Shown one piece after another: positions 1 to 8,839 of a stretch of DNA of 38,785 nucleotides. Below the pieces are notes generated by a model. That model was not told the DNA's origin, ran no database searches, and saw only the letters and a list, made by a program, of their open reading frames with translations. The position numbers and the translations under genes are program-made. This DNA is from Candidatus Saccharimonadota bacterium (GTDB taxonomy: Bacteria > Patescibacteriota > Saccharimonadia > Saccharimonadales > Saccharimonadaceae), in assembly GCA_017420185.1 (NCBI GenBank), contig JAFOJM010000041.1:1-38785 (forward strand), given 5' to 3'. Positions within the stretch are counted from its first letter, which is position 1. The number at the start of each line of letters is the position of its first letter.

Positions 1-820
1 GTATTTTGATAGTGGGGCGATATACAAGTATGATAGAGTATTTGTGACCGATATGTGGCTCGAGGAGCCAATGCTTTCAAAGGTGGCTGATGATGCTCGG
101 CTGAATAATAAGTTCCTACTATTTGACCACCACGAGTCTGCTCTTGAAAGAGGTTTTAATAAGTATTCCTTTACAACTATCAGGATTTCCGATAAAAAAG
201 GGTTGTGTAGTGGCACAAGTTTGTTCTATGAATATTTGATTAAGAATGGTCTGATTGATGCAGGGGCCCAGGCGATTAGTGAGTTTGTAGAGTTAACCAG
301 AAGACATGATACCTGGGAGTGGAAGACGAAGTATCACGACGAATTGCCACACCGGCTAGCGCTTTTGTTCGACTCGGTAGGATGCGAAAACTACATACAG
401 TTGATGGTGAAGAAAGTCGGCGATAATAGCAGTGTTCATTTTGAATTTGACGAAAGTGAAAAAATGATGATTGATAATCGATTACGACTTGTTCGAGAAA
501 AGGTATCTGAGTATTCAAAGAAATTGATCTTTAAACAAATGTTTGGGTTAAAAGCGGGTGTATTTTTTATTGATTACGACTACCGGAATGATTTAGCTGA
601 GTATTTGAAGCAGCAAAAATTTGACATAGATTTCGTGATGATGATTGCACTGGATTATGGCTTGATTTCTTATCGGTGCGTGAATGAAAATGTGAATGTT
701 CGACTGATTGCAGAAAAAATGGGCGGTAGAGGGCATGACAAGGCGGCAAGCAGCCCAATCTCTGGTTCTGCAATGAAGAAAATTTTAGATACTTTGACTG
801 ACTCTGATTTACGAACTTAG
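1..820 (+). CDS. DHH/DHHA1-family phosphoesterase (NrnB/oligoribonuclease-like), 5'-truncated by the window edge
   Basis: Frame is open from base 2; motifs VTD, FDHH, CSGTSL, HDTWEW and C-terminal GGRGHDKAAS (DHHA1 GGGH-type). Confidence 0.8.
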   Translation, partial: YFDSGAIYKYDRVFVTDMWLEEPMLSKVADDARLNNKFLLFDHHESALERGFNKYSFTTIRISDKKGLCSGTSLFYEYLIKNGLIDAGAQAISEFVELTRRHDTWEWKTKYHDELPHRLALLFDSVGCENYIQLMVKKVGDNSSVHFEFDESEKMMIDNRLRLVREKVSEYSKKLIFKQMFGLKAGVFFIDYDYRNDLAEYLKQQKFDIDFVMMIALDYGLISYRCVNENVNVRLIAEKMGGRGHDKAASSPISGSAMKKILDTLTDSDLRT

Positions 821-1054
821 ATTGCATCACGCCGAGGCCAACTAAATACATTGTGTTACGATCTCTAAATGAGGCTGTTATTTTGTTGGTGCTATGAGAA
901 TTTAATTTTGAATTGTTTTTCGTCATCAAAAAAAAGTCGCGAACGACCAATGTTTGGTGGGGCTCGCTAAGCCAGGTTTTAACAGCTTATAAGGAAGATA
1001 TCTGCGAAAAGTGGCGACTTGCGTCTCATGATACAATAGTAGAAAGGAGAATGA

Positions 1055-1714
1055 ATGATAGATTCTAAAGCATGGAACTGGAATATGGTAAAAGGCAACC
1101 ACGAGAAATATTGGCAAGAGCCAGCGACGGAATCTTATTATCTTATAAACCGATGGCTATCTCAGGATAAGGGAGATTATCTCGATCTCGGTTGCGGGCT
1201 AGGAAGATACACTATTCAATTTGCCAAAGCAGGGTTTAATACTTCTGGGTTTGATTTAAGCGAAACATCGATCGAAAGAACAGAAGAGTACGCTGAGCAA
1301 GCAGGAGTAAAAGTCGATTTACGAGTTGGTGATATGCTGAACTTGCCGTACGGTGACGATAGTTTCGATTGTATTTATTGTCGCAACGTAATATCTCATA
1401 CTGATACAGCGGGAATGAGAAAAATTGTTTCGGAGCTAAAACGAGTTTTAAGAAAAGGCGGAGAGTGCTATTTGACTTTAGGCTCAAAGCAGGCCTGGGG
1501 CTTTCAGCAAGATTGGCCAGTAGTGGACGAGAACACAAAAATTAGAGTCGAGGATGGACCAGAGAATGGCATACCGCATTTTTATGCTGACTATGATCTA
1601 ATCGTAGATTTATTCAGGGACTTTGAAATCGTGAAAGTTTTTCAAGTTGAAGAGTTTATTACGAAAGAGCGAACCACTAGCTCATATCACTATCACGTAC
1701 TAATTAGAAAATAA
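1055..1714 (+). CDS. Class I SAM-dependent methyltransferase
   Basis: LDLGCGLGR motif I, GFDLS, GDMLNLPY..DSFD, RVLRKGG; SD GAAAGGAG upstream. Confidence 0.9.
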   Translation: MIDSKAWNWNMVKGNHEKYWQEPATESYYLINRWLSQDKGDYLDLGCGLGRYTIQFAKAGFNTSGFDLSETSIERTEEYAEQAGVKVDLRVGDMLNLPYGDDSFDCIYCRNVISHTDTAGMRKIVSELKRVLRKGGECYLTLGSKQAWGFQQDWPVVDENTKIRVEDGPENGIPHFYADYDLIVDLFRDFEIVKVFQVEEFITKERTTSSYHYHVLIRK

Positions 1715-1725
1715 CAACCTGATTG

Positions 1726-1887
1726 TTTAGGGTATTAGCAGACAAATATATAGGGTTAAAAATGCGTTTTCGGACACATTTTCGTGCAAAATTAGTACAA
1801 AATTGCATACTAGAACTTCAAAGGTACTTAACAGAATTTTACTACTAAAAAATCGGCCAAAATGCCGATTTATATACGGTTTGGTGG
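1726..1887. repeat. 162-bp diverged direct repeat, copy A; includes a minus-strand terminator and a tRNA-3'-like TGGTGG end
   Basis: Colinear with 2697-2858: TTTAGGGTATTA.CAGACA start, GGTACTTAACAGAA...TACTACTAAAAAATCGGC.AAAATGCCGA.TTATATA...TGGTGG end. Confidence 0.85.
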
Positions 1888-1969
1888 GGGCGAATTGGGC
1901 AGGCATTAACAATCTACAGAGAAGATATCCGTAAAAATTTGAAAAGTTTCATGATATAATATGCAATAT

Positions 1970-2701
1970 ATGAAACAGTATAAAATTCTAGTTTTTGATT
2001 TAGATGATACGTTAATAGATAATTATGAAAATGTAAAGCACGCTTTTAAAAGAATTACTAACGAGCAAGGTTTAGTCTATTCTGAAAAGGAATTCCTACG
2101 ATGGTATGAGATAGATAAAAATTTTTGGCGAGATTGGCAAGATGGCAAAATTAAACTTCCAGAAAAATACAAGAATGAAGTCGGAAAGAAAAGTAAGGGT
2201 TTCCTCGATTGGTTAAGAGCACAACGAGTGTTAAGATTCTTCGGAAGTCAATTGCCATTAGATGAAGCGGTGCGGATAAACAATGCATACATGGCGGCAC
2301 TAAAAGATAATGTAGTACCCATAGATGGAGCTAAAGAAGTGTTGACACAGCTATCACAGAAGTATCAAATCGTGGTAGCCACTAATGGGCCGAGCATTGC
2401 TACGCACGATAAGCTAGAGAAAATAGGCTGTCTACGGTATGTAAAGTATATACTCTCTGCGGATATGTATGGATATATGAAGCCACGAGTAGAATTCTTT
2501 GAAGGAATTCAAGGAACAATAAATAATCATAAAAATGAAGATTACCTCATAATTGGCAATTCGCTACAATCAGACGTGGCTTTTGCAATGAATTGTGGAA
2601 CGGACAGCTGCTGGTTTAATAAAGATAAAGAAAAGGTGCAGGGCGGCTATTCGCCGACTTATATTATCGAACATCTACGTGCTTTAGAAGATATACTTTA
2701 G
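1970..2701 (+). CDS. HAD-superfamily hydrolase (YjjG-like nucleotidase)
   Basis: FDLDDTL motif I, ATNG motif II, KP motif III, IIGNSLQSD motif IV; start set at 1970 because TGATATAAT ends at 1960. Confidence 0.9.
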   Translation: MKQYKILVFDLDDTLIDNYENVKHAFKRITNEQGLVYSEKEFLRWYEIDKNFWRDWQDGKIKLPEKYKNEVGKKSKGFLDWLRAQRVLRFFGSQLPLDEAVRINNAYMAALKDNVVPIDGAKEVLTQLSQKYQIVVATNGPSIATHDKLEKIGCLRYVKYILSADMYGYMKPRVEFFEGIQGTINNHKNEDYLIIGNSLQSDVAFAMNCGTDSCWFNKDKEKVQGGYSPTYIIEHLRALEDIL

Positions 2702-2858
2702 GGTATTAACAGACATTTTAACAGGGGCGAAAATCGTATTTATAGCAGTTTTTTGCCGTAAAAATGGTTTAAAATTACATACTATTGCTGCAGGGTACTT
2801 AACAGAAATCTACTACTAAAAAATCGGCGAAAATGCCGAGTTATATAAAATCTGGTGG
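2697..2858. repeat. 162-bp diverged direct repeat, copy B, abutting and overlapping the tRNA-Val 3' end
   Basis: See copy A; ends in the CCACCA of tRNA-Val. Confidence 0.85.
2818..2842 (-). terminator. Intrinsic terminator of tRNA-Val
   Basis: Minus strand AACTCGGC-ATTTTC-GCCGATTTTTT: hairpin plus U tract. Confidence 0.7.
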
Positions 2859-2929
2859 ATCCTACAGGGCTTGAACCTGTGACCTTACGAATGTGAATCG
2901 TACGCTCTAGCCAACTGAGCTAAGGATCC
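2853..2929 (-). tRNA. tRNA-Val(CAC)
   Basis: Reverse complement GGATCCTTAGCTCAGTTGGCTAGAGCGTACGATT-CAC-ATTCGTAAGGTCACAGGTTCAAGCCCTGTAGGATCCACCA; cloverleaf with encoded CCA. Confidence 0.97.
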
Positions 2930-2936
2930 AAAAATA

Positions 2937-2951
2937 TGCTATAATTATACC

Positions 2952-2952
<1 letters not shown>
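2937..2952. promoter_or_regulatory. Overlapping bidirectional extended -10 promoters for prfA (+) and tRNA-Val (-)
   Basis: TGCTATAAT on + (2937-2945) and TGGTATAAT on - (2952-2944) share the palindrome TATAATTATA. Confidence 0.7.
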
Positions 2953-3966
<1,014 letters not shown>

Positions 3967-3995
<29 letters not shown>

Positions 3996-4662
3996 TGCGC
4001 CTCAGGCTTACCTAGATGGCCACCAAGATTTTTACGGTCGAGACTATATAGTCACGCCCGACGTGCTCATTCCTCGTCCCGAAACAGAGCAAGTCATAGA
4101 TGCCGTACTAAATCTCGCCGGCAAGCCCTATCTTCCTGGCGTCAAGCCCGGCCCGCGCCGCCTACCACACAATCCTATCATATTAGACGTAGGTACCGGT
4201 TCTGGCTGCATAGCCATCACTCTCGCCAAAGAGCTCCCTGCCGCCACAGTCTATGCTACCGACATATCCACCGCAGCCCTCAAAATAGCTCAAAAAAACG
4301 CCGCAATACACAGCGCCCCTATACGTACCGTTATATCAGATTTGCTTGAAAAAGTCAATACTACAGACATGCCCACCCCAGATGTACTAGTCGCCAATCT
4401 CCCCTATGTAGATCCAGATTGGGAATGGCTAGACACAGCCGCCCTCTCCTACGAGCCAGACATCGCCCTATATGCAGATGATCACGGCCTTTCTCTCATC
4501 AAGAAACTCATCGACCAAGCCGCCGCACTACATATACACTATCTCGTCCTAGAGGCCGACCCTACTCAGCATAGGGCTATTATTAAATATGCATCAAAAA
4601 AGGGTCTCCAGCACCTAGAGACCCGTTGGTTTATCCTTACTTTTTGTACCCCTCAAGAGTAA
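3967..4662 (+). CDS. prmC: Release-factor glutamine methyltransferase PrmC/HemK lacking the N-terminal domain
   Basis: [37 protein letters not shown]; overlaps the prfA 3' end; start at ATG 3967 inferred. Confidence 0.9.
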
Positions 4663-5887
4663 CATTTATCGCTATCTCATTGCCCTCACGAATCACGGTT
4701 AGCTGCACGGTGTCACCAGGCTTATACTCCCCTATCAAATCTGCCAAAGTTCCCGCTGTCCCAACCTTCACACCATTTACCGCCGTAATAATATCTTTAT
4801 CCTTTAGCCCTGCTTTGGCCGCTGGACTATCCTTAGCAATAGCCGAATACGACGATGAGCTATACAAGTACGCCCCTGCATTCACTGGCAAATTATAGGC
4901 CTTGGCTATCTCTGGCGTAATCTCTGCAGTATACACACCAATATATGCCCTCTTGGCCGAGCCAGTCTCTTCTAGCTGTTTTAGCATGCCCTTCACCGAA
5001 GATATAGGTATAGCAAACCCCATATTTTCCGCCGTGCTCGATGTAGCAGTATTTATACCTATCACCTCACCAGCGGCATTTACTAGCGGCCCGCCAGAGT
5101 TACCAGAGTTAATCGCCGCATCCGTCTGAATCATATCGGTCAAAGTCTCCACATTGTAGCCAGACTCATCCGATGCAGTCACCGACCGCCCTAGTCCAGA
5201 CACTACACCTACCGTCACGGTATTTTGGTATTGCCCCAGGGCATTACCTATCGCCATTACTTGCTGCCCCACATTTATAGTTTTTGAATCCCCCAAAGTC
5301 GCCGGCGTCAAATTATCCACGTCTTTAATCTTCAGAAAAGCAACGTCATTCAGCGGGTCTACCGCAACTAACTCCACATCTTCATAAGTGGTGCCATCAT
5401 CTAGCACTACGGTTATGCTAGTAGCGCCATTTATCACGTGCTTGTTAGTCAGTACGTACCCATCTTTGGTCACTATTATACCTGTTCCAGCCGCAGCAGA
5501 TTCATAATCTTGCCCAAAATAATTCGTCGTCCTGGTGGATGTCACTATCGATACCACGCTAGCGGATACCTTGTCCGCTATCTCAGCAATAGAGCCTTCC
5601 ACAAAATTCGCCGAATTCCCATCCACACCACTATTCAAAAAAGTCAGCGGCGTAGAGGTTTTTTGATACGCCATCAGGCCAAATCCTAGCCCACAGCCAC
5701 CCAGCACCAATGCCAGCACAGATATCACTATAGCCGCATTATTGCTGCCAGTTTTCGGAGCATTGCTAGGCGCTTGCATTGCACTACCACCTCTATTATC
5801 CACGGCAGTAGCAGTTTCTGCTCCTGCTGCTTCTGTCTTTGCAGTCACCGCCGCATCGGTATTTAAATTTTTCTCTTTTTCATCCAT
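4637..5887 (-). CDS. htrA: HtrA/DegP-family serine protease with N-terminal TM segment and one PDZ domain
   Basis: TNKHV, IQTDAAINSGNSGGPL, C-terminal PDZ (SPAAKAGLKDKDII). Confidence 0.95.
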   Translation of the reverse strand: MDEKEKNLNTDAAVTAKTEAAGAETATAVDNRGGSAMQAPSNAPKTGSNNAAIVISVLALVLGGCGLGFGLMAYQKTSTPLTFLNSGVDGNSANFVEGSIAEIADKVSASVVSIVTSTRTTNYFGQDYESAAAGTGIIVTKDGYVLTNKHVINGATSITVVLDDGTTYEDVELVAVDPLNDVAFLKIKDVDNLTPATLGDSKTINVGQQVMAIGNALGQYQNTVTVGVVSGLGRSVTASDESGYNVETLTDMIQTDAAINSGNSGGPLVNAAGEVIGINTATSSTAENMGFAIPISSVKGMLKQLEETGSAKRAYIGVYTAEITPEIAKAYNLPVNAGAYLYSSSSYSAIAKDSPAAKAGLKDKDIITAVNGVKVGTAGTLADLIGEYKPGDTVQLTVIREGNEIAINVTLEGYKK

Positions 5888-5898
5888 TTTTACCTCCT

Positions 5899-6681
5899 TT
5901 ATATATTAAATATTGGATTACTAAACCACAGCACTATTACGCCCACTAGTATCGCACCAAACACCACCGGGCCCAAAATATGCTTAAACCTAAAATCATC
6001 CTGATACCGTATCATAGCCTGTCTTGCGTAATTATACACAAAAGCAAATATCGTGAGTATTATAGCCACTTGCGGCACCCGTATCCCGGTATTTCCAAAA
6101 GTATATATTATAGCCCAAGTCTGACACAACCACGCCACCTCAGCAAACACCAGCCCGCTCACCAGAGTAGTCAAAGTGTAATTTTTGTCACTACTTTGCA
6201 CCAGAACATGTCTACTGGCCGCATATCCTATCATAAATGCCAGCAGCACCATTACTATAGTATCAAGATTTGCCGCCATTATCGCAGCCGCGCTCATCCC
6301 CAAGAATACCGCTATCAAAGATTGCGCCAGAGTCGCCCTCTCCGAAGACATTGGCTTTATTACTATCAGCCATACACAGTAAAATACAGCCAGCAATACA
6401 TCCACCATCATAAATGTCCCTCCAGCAAAATACGTTAACAGTACCACACTCACGCCCACTATCGTATCTACCAAATTAGACTTGATGTTAAGCCAAATAT
6501 ATCGCCCACGCACCGCAAACACGCGCCACTTAGACACTAGTATCAACAGCAGCCCCAGCACCGGGCTAGCCGATAACACAGTTATAAGTACTGCCCCCAC
6601 TCCCAGCAAAATATTTAAGAATATGTGTACCATATTGCTAGCTATGTTTCTAGATTTTCTTACTAATACGTAATCTGCCAT
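5899..6681 (-). CDS. Multi-pass membrane protein of unknown function, likely co-transcribed with htrA
   Basis: About 8 hydrophobic segments; TGTTATAAT 8 nt upstream of ATG 6681. Confidence 0.85.
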   Translation of the reverse strand: MADYVLVRKSRNIASNMVHIFLNILLGVGAVLITVLSASPVLGLLLILVSKWRVFAVRGRYIWLNIKSNLVDTIVGVSVVLLTYFAGGTFMMVDVLLAVFYCVWLIVIKPMSSERATLAQSLIAVFLGMSAAAIMAANLDTIVMVLLAFMIGYAASRHVLVQSSDKNYTLTTLVSGLVFAEVAWLCQTWAIIYTFGNTGIRVPQVAIILTIFAFVYNYARQAMIRYQDDFRFKHILGPVVFGAILVGVIVLWFSNPIFNI

Positions 6682-6739
6682 ATACATATATTATAACAAA
6701 TAATTTAAATTAAGCTTAAATAATGTTATAATTATCTAC

Positions 6740-7405
6740 ATGGAACCAACATTTTTTCAGAAACATCCCCTAGTCAAAGATTTACTTAGTCTAGCCATCT
6801 TCGTCGGCGCTATCGTACTCGGTACTATGTTTCTCAATACTTACATTTACCGCTCATACAATGTCGTTGGCGGCAGCATGGAAAACACCCTCCACGGCGA
6901 CGACCGCGTCATAGTCAATCGCGCCGCCGTATCTTGGGCTCATTTTGTTGGCCAAGAGTACGTCCCCGAGCGCGGGCAAATCATCGTCTTTATGAACGAA
7001 GACGAGGCCAAAGTAGCCGAGTACAAAGCCGCAGGCGTAGAGCACCCCATGACTTGCAATCTTCCTGCCAATGTTAGCGATCAGTATATCATCAAGCGCG
7101 TCATTGCCTTCCCGGGCGAGCGCGTCACCGTTAAAAATGGCACTATGACCATCTACAACGACGAGCATCCAGACGGCTTCGTATATGATACTGAATGGCG
7201 CACCGATACTGACGGCCCCAAGGCTCACACCTCTGGCGAGGTAGATGCCACAGTCCCGGATGGCGAGCTTTTCGTCTCCGGTGACAACCGCGAGGGGTCT
7301 AATTCCTGGGATTCCCGCAACGGCCTCGGCACCATACCATACTGCCGCGTTATCGGCCCAGTAGTATTACGCCTCTTCCCGTTTGACAAAATGCGCACAT
7401 TCTAA
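6740..7405 (+). CDS. lepB: Signal peptidase I
   Basis: GGSMENTL (catalytic Ser), YIIKRVIAFPGE (Lys), GDNR..SWDSR. Confidence 0.95.
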   Translation: MEPTFFQKHPLVKDLLSLAIFVGAIVLGTMFLNTYIYRSYNVVGGSMENTLHGDDRVIVNRAAVSWAHFVGQEYVPERGQIIVFMNEDEAKVAEYKAAGVEHPMTCNLPANVSDQYIIKRVIAFPGERVTVKNGTMTIYNDEHPDGFVYDTEWRTDTDGPKAHTSGEVDATVPDGELFVSGDNREGSNSWDSRNGLGTIPYCRVIGPVVLRLFPFDKMRTF

Positions 7406-7498
7406 TATGCCTCATACGATAAAGTGCCATTGTATAATTCACTAGTATTGAGAAACATTAAGCTATGTGCAGTCAGGACCTGCGCAGTGAAGCGGTGT

Positions 7499-8620
7499 TT
7501 ATATTTCACCGATTAGTTTCACTGATTCACTTTCTGGCAATTCTTCTACATCCCTAAGCTTTCGTTCTATCTGCCGCGATGTAGTCTTGGCGCTTTCTAT
7601 CTTATTAGCGGATTCCTGTAGTTTTTTCTGTACACCCTCTAGCAAGTCGCCAAATTTGCCAAACTGCGTCTTCACTGCGCCAAGCGTCTGCCATACCTCA
7701 GCAGAGCGTTTTTCTATAGCCACAGTCTTAAAGCCCATCAATAGCCCATTCAGCGCCACCGGCAAAGTAGAGGGGCTAGTGATAGATACATGATATTTTT
7801 GCCGTATTTCATCTGACAGTCCCGGCACACGGAGTATCTCTGCATACAAGCTCTCTGTCGGCACAAACATTATTCCAAAATCCGTCGTCATTGGCGGGTC
7901 TAGATATTTGGTAGAAATCTTCTTTGCCTGCTCTTTCACATCCGCAGCTAACGCTTTGGAGTATTTATCTATTGCGGCTTTCCCACCAACTTCATATGCT
8001 GCTATTAGCCGAGAATAATTCTCCACTGGGAATTTACTATCCACCGGCAAATATACTACACTATCCGCATCTTTCCCGGGCATTTTTATGGCAAATTCCA
8101 CTCTATCACTACTTCCTTTCTTAGTGGCATAGTTTTCTACATACTGAGATTTATTTAATATGTCTTCGATGATGGCTCCTAGCTGCACCTCACCATATAT
8201 ACCACGTGTCTTTACGCCCTCCATCACCTTTTTCAGATCTCCTACGCCAGTAGCTAGGTTACGCATTTCCCCCAGTCCCTGGTACACTTGCGTTAGTTGC
8301 GTAGATATAGATCGGAAGCTTTCGTTAAATCTTTTCTCCACGCTAGCCTTCAGCTTCTCGTCCACAGTTTCGCGCATCTCCTCCAATTTACGTTCATTCC
8401 CTACCTGCAGCCGCTCCAGGTTTTCGGCGATCTCTTTGCGGTTTTCACGAAAATTATGGTCTATCGCCGGATTTATCTTAGCTAGCTCGCCCTCCATCCG
8501 GATCAATCTTTCCTCCAGCAGCTTATGGTTCCGCTCACCTTGTGGCCGACTCAGCCGAAATACCACCACACCTAGCAGTACTATTATCACTCCCCCCATT
8601 ATCATAAGCACTATATCCAT
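7499..8620 (-). CDS. rmuC: DNA recombination protein RmuC
   Basis: N-terminal TM, coiled coil, KTRGIYGEVQL, LPVDSKFP, FGIMFVPTESLYAE. Confidence 0.95.
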   Translation of the reverse strand: MDIVLMIMGGVIIVLLGVVVFRLSRPQGERNHKLLEERLIRMEGELAKINPAIDHNFRENRKEIAENLERLQVGNERKLEEMRETVDEKLKASVEKRFNESFRSISTQLTQVYQGLGEMRNLATGVGDLKKVMEGVKTRGIYGEVQLGAIIEDILNKSQYVENYATKKGSSDRVEFAIKMPGKDADSVVYLPVDSKFPVENYSRLIAAYEVGGKAAIDKYSKALAADVKEQAKKISTKYLDPPMTTDFGIMFVPTESLYAEILRVPGLSDEIRQKYHVSITSPSTLPVALNGLLMGFKTVAIEKRSAEVWQTLGAVKTQFGKFGDLLEGVQKKLQESANKIESAKTTSRQIERKLRDVEELPESESVKLIGEI

Positions 8621-8707
8621 AGCCCTATTATACCATATCTAGATTAGTCTAACACTAATTCCGACTACAACTTATAGCGCTCAAACGTACACTACAACAG
8701 CACTCAA

Positions 8708-8742
8708 AACACGCTGCAAACATTATTATCTGCAGCGTGTTT
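8708..8742. terminator. Long inverted repeat downstream of the FISUMP gene, probable terminator
   Basis: AAACACGCTGCA...TGCAGCGTGTTT arms. Confidence 0.65.
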
Positions 8743-8756
8743 GACTTTTAGGGTAG

Positions 8757-8824
8757 TACCCCGCACTTAGGTGTCCACTAAATGAGGCATACCCCGCAGA
8801 GCCGTGTCCACTTTATGGGGAGTA
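8757..8824. repeat. Two tandem ~33-bp imperfect hairpin units sharing the loop GTGTCCA
   Basis: TACCCCGCACTTAGGTGTCCACTAAATGAGGCA and TACCCCGCAGAGCCGTGTCCACTTTATGGGGAGTA. Confidence 0.75.
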
Positions 8825-8839
8825 ATTCAAACCGACCCG

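Noticed and set aside
8757-8824. CRISPR mini-array
   Set aside because: Only two adjacent imperfect units with no spacer and no cas genes.
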